A stretch of 49,731 nucleotides of DNA from Thermoproteota archaeon (GTDB lineage Archaea > Korarchaeota > JAOZGF01 > JAOZFZ01), in assembly GCA_027492035.1 (NCBI GenBank), contig JAOZFT010000033.1, positions 1 to 49,731 of the forward strand. Reading direction: 5' to 3'. Position 1 is the first letter of the stretch, and each line of letters begins with the position of its first letter. The position numbers and the translations under genes are program-made. The notes under the pieces were generated by a model, which was not told where the DNA came from, did no database searches, and saw only the letters and a list, made by a program, of their open reading frames with translations. This document shows positions 8,962-19,033 of the stretch, piece after piece.

Positions 8962-9304
8962 GATCTTTTTCCAAAACTTCCCTGTGTAAAGCTAAAAAAG
9001 GCTTTTTACTTGATTACTTGAACCTAACCATTGATTTTCTACTTAAAACCTGCAGAAAAAGGTACTTCTTAACTTTTTCAAGCTAGGGCAGAAAACGTAA
9101 ACTTTAAAAAATTTTTAGTGCATACTTAACGAAAAAAATGAAGCAAAGTTTACTTTTTAAGTACTTTTTCTCCTGAGTCGCTTAAAGTATTAAATTTTTT
9201 CCCTGTTCATTTTTAAGCCCTAAACTGAATGAAGCGAAGACGTGATGGAGCTTACAATTTTTTGTGTGTTCTTAACCTCTTAAACAAATAATTTTTTTCT
9301 CTAT

Positions 9305-10492
9305 GTGGTGAGTAAAATGAATAGAAACTATTTTCTTCCCTTGCTACTAAGTATTTTACTTTTCCAATTTATTCCTTTAGTTTTAGCAACCCCGAACAAC
9401 GGAGTAAGTTTAACAACTGACCTTAGAAAAATAGAGGTAAGTAAAGATCAAAGCATCCACTTAGATATTTACCTTAACAACAACGGTGAAAAAGGGGAAC
9501 TGGTAAACATTATAGTAAAGAAACCTTTAGGTTGGGAAGTAAGTTTGAAAAGTCATGGGTACGTAGTAAAAAGCATTTACTTAGATCCTAAAGAAAAAGA
9601 ATTACTTGTTTTCGACGCTTCACCTAAATTAGTTGAAGAAAACCAAACGTACACTTTCAAAATTGAAGCCCTCAATAAGGAGGGTTTAGTTGAAGACATC
9701 CTTGAAATCCAAGCAATAGTGACAAGTAAAACAGTAGGTTCAACAGGTATTTCCTTAAGTACACCCTACCCATCAATTGAAGGACCTTCAGGTAGAGATT
9801 TCGAGTTTACAGTGACTGTTAAAAACGGTGAAGATACTGAAAGAGTAATAGATTTCTCAGCTTACTGTCCCCCACAATGGCTTGTTACTTTTAAGCCTCG
9901 CTTCGAAACAAAACAGGTTCGTTCACTCTATTTCAAAACAGGTGAAACAAAAACTTTAACTGTAACTGTTTCTCCTCCGCCTAAAGTTAAACCTGGAACC
10001 TATAACGTAAAAGTTGTTGCTTCTTCAGGTCCTTTAACGCGAGAACTTAATTTAAACGTAACCATTACAGGAACCTATAAGCTTAAACTTACAACTTCAA
10101 ACGGTCTATTAAGTATGGACGCTGTCCAAGGAGAAGAGTCCTATCTCACCTTACAAGTGAACAACACTGGAACAGGGACCCTGAAAAACATTCATTTCAC
10201 ATCAGAGAAACCTGTAGGGTGGGATGTTAAGTTTGAACCTAACGAAATCCCAAGCCTGCCCCCTGAAGGATCAAGAGAAGTAAGAGTAACTGTTAAGCCT
10301 CCTTCCGACGCTATACCTGGCGACTACTTATTAACTCTCACTGCCTCATCTGAAACATATAGTTTATCAGATAGTGTAGAAATAAGGGTAACTGTTCTTA
10401 AGTCCTTGATCTGGGGCGCTGTAGGAGTAGGGGTAATAATAGCTACAATTCTTGCTTTACTTGCTATTTTCTGGCGCCTGGGTAGGCGGTGA
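9305..10492 (+). CDS. membrane-anchored secreted protein with NEW3/Ig-like repeats (COG1470)
   Basis: Signal peptide, three Ig-like repeats (NNGE/KNGE/NNTG..P.GW..PG.Y), C-terminal TM followed by GRR. Confidence 0.8.
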   Translation: MVSKMNRNYFLPLLLSILLFQFIPLVLATPNNGVSLTTDLRKIEVSKDQSIHLDIYLNNNGEKGELVNIIVKKPLGWEVSLKSHGYVVKSIYLDPKEKELLVFDASPKLVEENQTYTFKIEALNKEGLVEDILEIQAIVTSKTVGSTGISLSTPYPSIEGPSGRDFEFTVTVKNGEDTERVIDFSAYCPPQWLVTFKPRFETKQVRSLYFKTGETKTLTVTVSPPPKVKPGTYNVKVVASSGPLTRELNLNVTITGTYKLKLTTSNGLLSMDAVQGEESYLTLQVNNTGTGTLKNIHFTSEKPVGWDVKFEPNEIPSLPPEGSREVRVTVKPPSDAIPGDYLLTLTASSETYSLSDSVEIRVTVLKSLIWGAVGVGVIIATILALLAIFWRLGRR

Positions 10493-10495
10493 AAA

Positions 10496-11428
10496 GTGGC
10501 TGAAGAAAACGTTATTGAAACAGTGAACTTAACAAAAAAATATAATGGCCACGTAGTTGTAGACAGCGTCACTTTCACTATTAAGAAAGGAGAAATTTAC
10601 GGTTTACTTGGCCCCAACGGTGCAGGAAAAACAACTATTGTGCTTATGCTGCTTGGATTAACTGAACCCACATCAGGTTATTGTAAAGTATATGGTTTTA
10701 ACCCTGTTAAAGAACCTTTAAAAGTTAAAAGAATAATAGGTTACTTACCTGAAAAAATAGGTTTCTACGAGGATTTAACAGCTGAACAGAACCTCAAATT
10801 CATAACTGAACTGAACAACATAAACACTGAAGAAGCTGAAAAAAGAATTCGTGAAGCCTTGGAAAAAGTAGGTTTAAACGAATACAGGAAAATGAAAGTC
10901 AGCAAGTTTTCAAGAGGAATGAAACAGAGGTTAGGCATAGCCAGTGTACTGGTTAAAAAACCTAAGGTAGCCTTCCTTGATGAATTAACTCAAGGATTAG
11001 ACCCTAAATGGATAAATAAAACACTTGATTTATTCAGTAGTTTAAGTAAAGAAAAAGAGGTGACTATTCTCTTGTCTTCACACCTTCTTCACCAAGTTCA
11101 AAGAGTCTGCCACAGAGTTGGAATAATAAAAAACGGAAAAATAGTTGTCCAAGGAACAATAGATGAACTCAGAAAAATAGGTGGGTATTCATGGATTATT
11201 GAAGCTAACGTCCAAAAAACCAAAGAAAAATTAGTGAAGAAAATAAGTGAAATAGAAGGTGTTGAAAAGGTGAAAGTGACAGGAGAAACTTTAATAATTG
11301 AGTCAAACCGTGACTTGAGGCCTGAAATCTCTAAAGCAATAATTGAAGACGGAACCCCCCTACTTGGTTTAAAAGCGAGAGAGGTTTCCTTAAACGAAAT
11401 CTACATGAAATATTTCAAGGAGGCTTAG
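10496..11428 (+). CDS. ABC exporter ATP-binding subunit (COG1131)
   Basis: GPNGAGKT, FSRGMKQR, FLDE, SSH. Confidence 0.92.
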   Translation: MAEENVIETVNLTKKYNGHVVVDSVTFTIKKGEIYGLLGPNGAGKTTIVLMLLGLTEPTSGYCKVYGFNPVKEPLKVKRIIGYLPEKIGFYEDLTAEQNLKFITELNNINTEEAEKRIREALEKVGLNEYRKMKVSKFSRGMKQRLGIASVLVKKPKVAFLDELTQGLDPKWINKTLDLFSSLSKEKEVTILLSSHLLHQVQRVCHRVGIIKNGKIVVQGTIDELRKIGGYSWIIEANVQKTKEKLVKKISEIEGVEKVKVTGETLIIESNRDLRPEISKAIIEDGTPLLGLKAREVSLNEIYMKYFKEA

Positions 11429-11433
11429 AAGGA

Positions 11434-12327
11434 ATGGTGGGTACATACAAAGTTTTCATGAAGGAATTAACTGATCATTTAAGCAGTAAAAGGTTTTACA
11501 TAATATTTCTTATAATTTACTTGTTAGGTTTTTCAACTGCTCGCGAGGGCATCCAAAGTGTGATTTCACAAATTAAGAGAACCCAAGGCCAAAATGTTTT
11601 CCTTCAACTTTTCACCTCCTACACAGGCACAATACCGCCATTTATTTCAATAATAGCTTTTTTTGGGCCGATAATTGGTTTTGTACTTTCCTTTGACGCA
11701 ATAAACAGGGAATTTTCTACAGGAACAATTGGAAACATTTTATCACAGCCTGTACATAGAGACTCAGTTATAAACGGGAAATTTTTAGCAGGTTCGGCTG
11801 TAGTTGCGCTTATTTTTGGAAGCATAACATCTTTTGTTCTAGGTTTAGGAATACTTAACTTCAGCACCGTACCCACTGTAGACGAAATCTTAAGAATACT
11901 TACTTTCACAATGCTTAACATTATTTATTTATCTATGTGGGTTGCATTTGGTTTGCTTTACTCTGTCTATTTCAGACGTGAAGGAACCTCGGCTTTAGCT
12001 TCTATAGCTACTTGGTTATTCTTTACACTTTTTATTTACATGTTAGCTGAGGCAGCTTCAAACTTAGGGGTTTCTCCGTTTTTAATTCAAAGGTTTTCAC
12101 CTTCATTCCTTTACATAGAAGCAGCTTCTGTCCTAATGTTTCCTAAACTAAGGATTTTAGGGCCTGTTTCTATAGAGAAAATAATTGGAATGATACCTAC
12201 TCCTCTCCCATTTAGTCAAAGCCTTTTATTAGTTTGGCCCCACGTCACTAGCATAGCAGCTTTAACAATAATTATTTTTGCAGTTTCATATTTAGGGTTC
12301 ATGAGAAGAGAAATAAGATCAACCTGA
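11434..12327 (+). CDS. ABC-2 type permease (COG1277/NosY-like)
   Basis: FDAINRE..GT...LSQPV.R..VI.GK; about 6 TM. Confidence 0.88.
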   Translation: MVGTYKVFMKELTDHLSSKRFYIIFLIIYLLGFSTAREGIQSVISQIKRTQGQNVFLQLFTSYTGTIPPFISIIAFFGPIIGFVLSFDAINREFSTGTIGNILSQPVHRDSVINGKFLAGSAVVALIFGSITSFVLGLGILNFSTVPTVDEILRILTFTMLNIIYLSMWVAFGLLYSVYFRREGTSALASIATWLFFTLFIYMLAEAASNLGVSPFLIQRFSPSFLYIEAASVLMFPKLRILGPVSIEKIIGMIPTPLPFSQSLLLVWPHVTSIAALTIIIFAVSYLGFMRREIRST

Positions 12328-12406
12328 ACCCTCCCCAATTTTTCTAAGGAAGAAATGTGCAAGGTTCAAAATAAGTAAAGAGAAAAGTTTTTGTGGTTCT
12401 CTTCCT

Positions 12407-13030
12407 TTAAATTAATTTTTTAACTAATGTTGCTAAATGTACAAGCGGAACTGTTCTTTTACCTTCAACCTTAACTTTTCCTTTCAATAAATCTTTTCGA
12501 ACATCACTTGTTTGAGTTAAAATATATGCTTTACCTATTTCAAAAAGGAAATGGGCATCACTTCCAGCTGTTACGTTTTTACTGTGTTTCCTTGCATACT
12601 TCTCAGCTAACAAATTAAATTTAGACCTTACACACCTAGCATTGAAAACCTCAACCAAATCAAAAAATCTGTTGTCTTTGTCAGAGGGAAAGAAGGAACT
12701 CGACCTAAAACTGTCAAAGGGATGAGGAACAGCCACTAACCCACCTTGTTCCTTAATTTTGTCCACTACCTCCTCGACGGGACCTGGTTTAACTTTTTCC
12801 TGTAAAAAGAAACCCAGAACCTCTCCATTCTCTGTTGTTACTTCTTCACCTTTAATAATCAATAATTTCTTCTTACTTAACTTTTCAACTTCTAAAGCTC
12901 CCTTGAAGGCGTCGTGGTCAGTAATTGCTAAACCATCAATTTTTTTCTTTAAAGCAACTTTAACTATTTTTCTTGGCTCATTTGAACTATCAAAAGAGTA
13001 TTTTGTGTGGACATGCAAATCAATTTTCAA
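12407..13030 (-). CDS. PHP-domain phosphoesterase
   Basis: DLHVHT, AITDHD, GEE, PHPF, GSDAH. Confidence 0.9.
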   Translation of the reverse strand: MKIDLHVHTKYSFDSSNEPRKIVKVALKKKIDGLAITDHDAFKGALEVEKLSKKKLLIIKGEEVTTENGEVLGFFLQEKVKPGPVEEVVDKIKEQGGLVAVPHPFDSFRSSSFFPSDKDNRFFDLVEVFNARCVRSKFNLLAEKYARKHSKNVTAGSDAHFLFEIGKAYILTQTSDVRKDLLKGKVKVEGKRTVPLVHLATLVKKLI

Positions 13031-13696
13031 TTATTTTTTCACCAAAAAAGAATTCATTAAATTTCTTTATTTAGAATTCTAATGAAACATAATTTTTTAA
13101 AAATGGAAAATATTGGGAAATTATTAAAAATGTTTTAGAAAATTTTCTAAAAGTTAAAAACTACCTTCTTTCAAGGATCTTTTTTATAAAAGGCGCAAAT
13201 TCACGCCAAGTATTGAAACCTGTAAAGCAGTTAACTTTTACTTTTTTTAAACGTTAAATCATAGTACCTTTTTAAATGCTCAGACGCTGCATAAGAAATA
13301 CTTAAGCCTTATCTACAAACTTAATTGTTATTCACTTAAAACCCTTCTTTCCCCTTCCTTTAAATAAAGAAAAGGTAAAAGGCCCATAAACTCCACGAAA
13401 ATTTTTTAAAGTTTTTCACTTAAAAATAATATTTCAGTGATTCTAAAACGTATTAATGCACCCTTTTATTGAAAACTTTTTCAGCAGCTTTTGTTTAAAC
13501 AGAAACCTTTTTAAAAATAATTAATACAGCTTAACTGTCAAGAAACCGTTAAGAAATAAGCCTGTAAATTTTCCTAAAACAGAATCAAAACTTCAAGACT
13601 TCCCCTGTTTTTAAATCTGAAGTTCACCCGCCCAAAAAAAATAAAAAAGAATAAACATGTAAAATAAAGTTACTGAAGAGGTAACGGAGGATAAGG

Positions 13697-14368
13697 GTGA
13701 ACCCTGAAAAATGGGCTGAAATTCAGAAACTTCAAAAAGGAACACATTTCATGAGCCGCCTCCATAAACCATTTGAGGATTTCATAGTCTACCTTCTTTA
13801 TGATTTAAAATGGGTAAGTGCTGACCACGTTTCATTAATCACTTATGTTTTTGCAGGTTTTACTGCTTACTTGTTTGCAACAGGTTCACTTGTTCCTGCC
13901 TTAATCTTAGCTGTAATAGTTGGTGTTTTAGATGGCGTAGATGGTAAAATAGCTAGGTTAAGGAAGAAACCTACTCTTATAGGTAAACTTGAACACAGTT
14001 TCGACATGGCTTATGAACAGGCTTGGTATGCTTCATATACTTGGTGGGCTTGGAAATATTCGGGAAACGATTTATATTTCGCTTTAGGTCTTTTGTGGCT
14101 TATTTTAGACTCACTGGTGAGACATGTCTACAATGTAACATGGTTAGCCACAGGTAAATCTTTAAAGTATCAGAAGGGAGCTGCGCAAGTAATTACTAAA
14201 ATAGATGGAAGAAGAAGTGTTTATGTTCTTCACATGATCCTCTGGTACGTAATAGGAAAACCTTTACTTGCCATTTGGACAATACTGATACATTGTGCAT
14301 CTACAGTTGTTGCGTACATCTTTTTAGGTTTTAAAGCAATTAAAGAAACAACCACGCTGCCTTTTTAA
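13697..14368 (+). CDS. CDP-alcohol phosphatidyltransferase family protein
   Basis: ADHVS, LDGVDGKIAR..IGKLEHSFD; multi-TM; GGAGG RBS. Confidence 0.85.
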   Translation: MNPEKWAEIQKLQKGTHFMSRLHKPFEDFIVYLLYDLKWVSADHVSLITYVFAGFTAYLFATGSLVPALILAVIVGVLDGVDGKIARLRKKPTLIGKLEHSFDMAYEQAWYASYTWWAWKYSGNDLYFALGLLWLILDSLVRHVYNVTWLATGKSLKYQKGAAQVITKIDGRRSVYVLHMILWYVIGKPLLAIWTILIHCASTVVAYIFLGFKAIKETTTLPF

Positions 14369-14427
14369 TAAGTACTTTTTCAAGAAAAATCATGGATTCA
14401 GGAGTAAGTAAAGGCTTCTTCCCTTCT

Positions 14428-14787
14428 TCAATGTATCCTTACTTCTATCCATTCTGAAGGTGTTATTGCTTTTGTTGAATGTATGGTTTTTCTTGGATGG
14501 ACCCAAGTATCTCCCTCCTTAACTGTTTTCTCTTCTCCTCCTATTTCCAGTTTCAGTTTTCCTTTCAACACATACCCTACAGTTTCGAAGCTGTGCCTAT
14601 GTGGCGGTATGTATGCTTCTTTTTCAAAAGTTATTTTCAACATTGTTATGTTTCCTGTCTTTATCAAGGTCTTCGTTACTATTTTTCCTTCCACTTTTCT
14701 TCCTTCCACTTCCTCTATTTCTACACTGTTTTTTTCCGTGTTTACATTACTTCCTTGCTTCATTGAGTTTTCAACCCTTTTTTCCAA
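14428..14787 (-). CDS. cupin-domain protein
   Basis: PPHRHSFETVGYVLKG..GD..HP...H. Confidence 0.8.
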   Translation of the reverse strand: MEKRVENSMKQGSNVNTEKNSVEIEEVEGRKVEGKIVTKTLIKTGNITMLKITFEKEAYIPPHRHSFETVGYVLKGKLKLEIGGEEKTVKEGDTWVHPRKTIHSTKAITPSEWIEVRIH

Positions 14788-14836
14788 TGAAAGACTTTAA
14801 AAGGTTAAGTTTTTTAAAATTTTTTTGTTGCAACGA

Positions 14837-14878
14837 TAAAGAAGGTTATATAAGTTAAAAATAATTTTTTTGGAGGTG
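14837..14878 (+). promoter_or_regulatory. BRE/TATA (TTATATAA, 14846-14853) and SD GGAGGTG (14872-14878) for ltaE
   Basis: Purine-rich BRE followed by a TATA box about 30 nt upstream of the GTG start. Confidence 0.6.
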
Positions 14879-14883
14879 TTTCT

Positions 14884-15915
14884 GTGGGTTTTTTGGTGGA
14901 TTTAAGAAGCGACACCGTAACCATTCCTCCTAAGGAAATGCTTGAAACTATTTTAGAAGCTGAACTTGGTGACGACGTTTACGGCGAAGACCCTACCGTC
15001 AAAGAGTTAGAGGAGTTAGCTGCTGAAAAAATGGGAAAAGAAGCTGCTCTTTTGGTTACCAGCGGCACTCAAGCTAATTTAGTGTCTATAATGGCCCATA
15101 CAAGACATGGAGATGAAGTAATCGTAGAAGCTGAGTCTCACATCTACAATTACGAAGTTGGAGGTTTAGCTGCTGTAGCTGGAGTTATGCCCCGATTAGT
15201 TAATGGTGAAATGGGTTTTATGAAACCTGAAGATATTGAATCTGTTTTAAGGCCTGAAAACATACATTTTCCTAAAACTACTTTAGTGGCTATAGAGAAT
15301 ACACACAACAGAGCTGGAGGAACAGTTATTACCCCTAAACAAATGGAAGCAGTTAGTGAAGTAGTTAAAAGACATAGTTTGAAACTTTATGTAGATGGTG
15401 CCAGAATCTTCAATGCAGCTGTTGCTCTAAACGTTAAACCTGTGAAGCTGGTTGAAGAAGCTGACTCAGTAAGTTTCTGTTTGTCTAAAGGTTTAGCTTG
15501 TCCAGTAGGTTCCCTTGTATGTGGAAGTAAAAGTTTTGTTGAGAGAACAAGGAAAATAAGGAAAATGTTAGGTGGAGGCATGAGGCAAGCTGGAGTTATT
15601 GCTGCTCCTGGAATATATGCCTTAACACATATGGTGTCTAGGTTAAAGGAGGATCATGAGAACGCTAAAAAATTGGCTTTAGGACTTTCAAAAATGGACA
15701 GTATTTCAATTGATTTACGCAGGGTTCAAACCAACATTGTCATTTTCACTTTAGATAACTTAAGTGTTGAAAATTTTGTTTCTAGGTTAAGTGAAAGAGG
15801 AGTTAAGGTAAGTGCAATTGGTTCCCGTAAAGTTAGAATGGTTACTCATTTCGGAATTGAAAAGAAACATATTAATTACGTTTTAGATGTTGTGAAGGAA
15901 GTGTTGGAGGAGTAA
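14884..15915 (+). CDS. ltaE: low-specificity L-threonine aldolase
   Basis: DLRSDTVT, GDDVYGEDP, SGTQAN, ENTHN, DGARIFNA, CLSKGL, GGGMRQAG. Confidence 0.93.
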   Translation: MGFLVDLRSDTVTIPPKEMLETILEAELGDDVYGEDPTVKELEELAAEKMGKEAALLVTSGTQANLVSIMAHTRHGDEVIVEAESHIYNYEVGGLAAVAGVMPRLVNGEMGFMKPEDIESVLRPENIHFPKTTLVAIENTHNRAGGTVITPKQMEAVSEVVKRHSLKLYVDGARIFNAAVALNVKPVKLVEEADSVSFCLSKGLACPVGSLVCGSKSFVERTRKIRKMLGGGMRQAGVIAAPGIYALTHMVSRLKEDHENAKKLALGLSKMDSISIDLRRVQTNIVIFTLDNLSVENFVSRLSERGVKVSAIGSRKVRMVTHFGIEKKHINYVLDVVKEVLEE

Positions 15916-16159
15916 ATGTAAAATAAATTCGGTTAAAAAGTGCAACTTTAATTTTTTAAACAATGTTTTCCTCCTGAAAATCTTCCTTTCCCCCTTTTTG
16001 AAACCTACAGTGAAATATAAAAGTTTAACAAGGCTATTCTCCACTATAAAAGAAATAATTTTCACAGTTTCTTGTTTCAATGTAAAAAACCAAAACTGTT
16101 TTTCATGTCTGTAGTTTTGGAAAGTTTTGTTGCTTCACAATTCTTCGAGGTTGCCTGTT

Positions 16160-16624
16160 TTGGAGAGTTTATGTGTGCGTTTCGTTAAGGAAAAAGATTT
16201 GGGAAGTGTGTTTAAAATTGAAAAACTATGTTTCGGCTCTGAAGCTTATTCTCCCTCTTTATTTAGTTATTTTTTGACGACTGGTTTTGTTTTTTTGGTT
16301 GCTGAGTTTAAAGGCTTAATTATTGGTTACTGCGTGGCTGAAGTGAGAAACAGTGAAGGATTAATTATTTCTATTGCTGTTCATCCTAAGTATAGAGGAA
16401 TGGGTGCAGGTTCAGCTCTTTTAAGCAAGGTTTTAAGTCTTCTTGACAGCAAAAGGGTTGAGAAAGTTTTTTTGCAGGTGAAGAAAGAAAATAAAGCTGC
16501 TGTAAATCTCTATTCTAAGTTCGGTTTTGAAGTGTTAAAAGTTTTAAAAAATTACTATATGGACGGTTCAGACGCTTACTTTATGCAGCTGCTGCTTAAA
16601 CACTCCAAAACAGTAAAAGGCTGA
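16160..16624 (+). CDS. rimI: RimI/Ard1-type N-acetyltransferase
   Basis: SIAVHPKYRGMGAG, N..A..LY.KFGF, NYY.DG.DAY.M; start placed after GAGGT. Confidence 0.85.
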   Translation: MESLCVRFVKEKDLGSVFKIEKLCFGSEAYSPSLFSYFLTTGFVFLVAEFKGLIIGYCVAEVRNSEGLIISIAVHPKYRGMGAGSALLSKVLSLLDSKRVEKVFLQVKKENKAAVNLYSKFGFEVLKVLKNYYMDGSDAYFMQLLLKHSKTVKG

Positions 16625-16789
16625 AAATTTCACCTCTTAAAATATCCCTTTTCCTACTCCTCCCTGAAAGAAAACATAATTATACAGAATAAAACTTTGA
16701 AAAAGATAACCTGTACTGGTTTTTAGAGGAAAGGAGTGAAAATCTTTCAAATTTCTTGGTTAAATATAGAAAAAAAATGAAATAAATTT

Positions 16790-17362
16790 TTAAATTGAAT
16801 CTATCTTCTTTAAAAACTCATCAACGATACGGTAAGTCATTCCCCAAATAATTTCTCCCCTAAAAAGAAAAACTTTCCTTTTGGTTCCTCTATAATATAT
16901 CTCCCTTTTCCCTTGCATAAGTTCCGGGACAGAAACCCAGAAAAATGAACTAATCTCTCTTCCAATTCTAACCTTGCACCTTCCCTTAACACTGAAAACA
17001 AAAGGGGTAACTGTTAAGGAAGGCATATTCCTAGGATGAAAATTTCTTAAAACACCAAGAAAAACACCCTTTTTCGCTAAATTTATACCTGTCTCCTCAT
17101 AAACCTCCCTTAAAACTGTCCTGTAAACATTTAAATCATCCTTCTCAAACATTCCACCAGGAAAAGCTACTTGGCCAGACCAAGGATCCCTTTTGTCTTC
17201 AACCCTCTTAATAAACAACACTTCAAAAACCCCATTAACAACCCTTAACAAAACGCCAACAGCTGCTTTCTTTCCCCTTTCCTCCAACCCTTGGAAAACA
17301 GGCCTACTAAGTCTCTTTCTCAACTCCTCTAAAACCTGCTCAGCAACTTCACTGCTAACCAT
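16790..17362 (-). CDS. Nudix hydrolase, CoA pyrophosphatase family
   Basis: AAV.V, DPWSGQVAFPGG, LREVYEETG, IWGMT. Confidence 0.88.
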   Translation of the reverse strand: MVSSEVAEQVLEELRKRLSRPVFQGLEERGKKAAVGVLLRVVNGVFEVLFIKRVEDKRDPWSGQVAFPGGMFEKDDLNVYRTVLREVYEETGINLAKKGVFLGVLRNFHPRNMPSLTVTPFVFSVKGRCKVRIGREISSFFWVSVPELMQGKREIYYRGTKRKVFLFRGEIIWGMTYRIVDEFLKKIDSI

Positions 17363-17425
17363 TCCTTAAACCCCCTAAAAATCCCTAAAAATAACCATTT
17401 AAAAAAATAAACTAAAGACATTAAA

Positions 17426-17442
17426 CCAAAAAACTTTATAAA
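17426..17442 (+). promoter_or_regulatory. BRE/TATA (TTTATAAA, 17435-17442) upstream of the alpha-oxoamine synthase gene
   Basis: A-rich BRE plus consensus TATA about 30-40 nt before the start. Confidence 0.55.
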
Positions 17443-17473
17443 CTGCCACATCCACAATAAAAGGTTTGAGGGG

Positions 17474-18664
17474 ATGAAAATGGGAAACTCCAAAACAACT
17501 CAGCATTTCAAGAAAAAATACCAAGAACTTGTAGAAAAAGGAGAAACATGGGAACTTCTAAAATTGATGGGGCCAACAGGTCCAAGAGCTGTAGTTGAAG
17601 GAAAAGAAATGATAGTATTGGCTTCAAACAACTACTTAAACTTGGCAAACGACCCAAGAATAAAAAAAGCTGCTGCAGAAGCCATAGAAAAATACGGTTT
17701 CGGAGCAGGTTCAGACTGGTCCATTGCAGGCTACACGGACTTACAAGAAAAACTACACAAAAAAATAGCTGAATTCAAAGGGACAGAGGCAGGATTAGCT
17801 TTCCAAACAGGTTTTGCAGTAAATTCAGGAACTATACCTGCAGTAACAGAAAAAGGAGATGTTATATTGTCAGAAGAACTCAATCACGGAAGCATAATAG
17901 ATGGTGTAAGGCTGTCAAGAGCTGACAGAATAGTGTACAAACACTGCAACCCATCAGATCTAGAAAACCATTTAAGGAAAATAGAAGGGAAATACAGGAA
18001 CATTTTCATAGTAACAGATGGAGTGTTCTCGATGGAAGGAGACATAGCTCCAATGAAGGAAATACAGAAGTTAGCAGATGAATACGGAGCAGTGACTTAC
18101 GTAGACGACGCCCATGGTGAAGGAGTACTTGGAGAAGGGAGAGGGATAGGGGTGCATTTCAGAATAGAAAAAAGAATTGATTTCCAAATGGGAACGTTCT
18201 CAAAGGCGCTAGGGTCCTTTGGAGGCATGTTAGCAGGTGACAAAGAAGTAATAGAATATGTGCGAAACACGGCAAGAACATGGCTTCTAAGTGCAGCATA
18301 CCCACCTGCAGTAACAGCCGCCAACATAAAAGCGCTGGAAATAATTATGAAAGAACCTGAAAGAGTTAAAAGATTATGGAGCAACAGAGAATACTTCAAA
18401 AAAGAACTAGACTCAATTGGTTTCAACACAGGAAGAAGCCAAACACCAATAATACCAGTAATAGTAGGCGACACAAAAAAAGTAAAGGAGTTAGCTCAAA
18501 AATTATTTGAAGAAGGAGTCTTTGTTCTACCAATAGTTTTCCCAATGGTTCCAAGAGGAACAGAAAGAATCAGAAACCAGGTAAACGCAGACCATACAAA
18601 AGAAGACTTAAATAAAGCCTTAAACATATACGAAAAAACAGGGAAAAAATTAGGAATAATTTAA
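17474..18664 (+). CDS. PLP alpha-oxoamine synthase (glycine C-acetyltransferase/Kbl-BioF family)
   Basis: SNNYLNLA, ELNHGSIIDG, DGVFSMEGD, VDDAHGEG, GTFSKA, PMVPRG..RIR. Confidence 0.88.
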   Translation: MKMGNSKTTQHFKKKYQELVEKGETWELLKLMGPTGPRAVVEGKEMIVLASNNYLNLANDPRIKKAAAEAIEKYGFGAGSDWSIAGYTDLQEKLHKKIAEFKGTEAGLAFQTGFAVNSGTIPAVTEKGDVILSEELNHGSIIDGVRLSRADRIVYKHCNPSDLENHLRKIEGKYRNIFIVTDGVFSMEGDIAPMKEIQKLADEYGAVTYVDDAHGEGVLGEGRGIGVHFRIEKRIDFQMGTFSKALGSFGGMLAGDKEVIEYVRNTARTWLLSAAYPPAVTAANIKALEIIMKEPERVKRLWSNREYFKKELDSIGFNTGRSQTPIIPVIVGDTKKVKELAQKLFEEGVFVLPIVFPMVPRGTERIRNQVNADHTKEDLNKALNIYEKTGKKLGII

Positions 18665-19033
18665 ACAAAGATGCAACTCTTAACTTATTTCTCCATATAA
18701 ATTAAAATCAATATGTTTCCAAAACTTGAAAGTACACAGTTTAAGTTTTGTGGAACTAAAGCTTTAAAAACCTCAAATCCAGCAATTAGACTTGGTACAA
18801 AAAAGTGGAAGGTTTATCTTAAACCTGCTCTTAAATTTAATGTATTCAGCTGCAGCAGACAATTCTTTTCCACAAACAAAACAAGAGGCTGTTTTCCAGT
18901 AACTCCTTTATAAACTTCGCTTTTTTTGAGGGAGACTAGGCCAGTAACGTCCCTCACTTAAAATAATTCTCATTTAATAAATCAACTACTTAAACTACAG
19001 GTTAAAAAAGGCTTATTTTTCAAAGTATTTATT

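Noticed and set aside
9135-9290. Fluoride riboswitch or C/D box sRNA (GTGATGGAGCTTAC; ATGAAG..CTGA)
   Set aside because: The downstream pseudoknot partner is missing and box spacing and consensus are poor
18927-18956. Hairpin TGAGGGA..TCCCTCA between convergent genes as an ncRNA
   Set aside because: A 7-bp stem alone is insufficient; at most a terminator-like element
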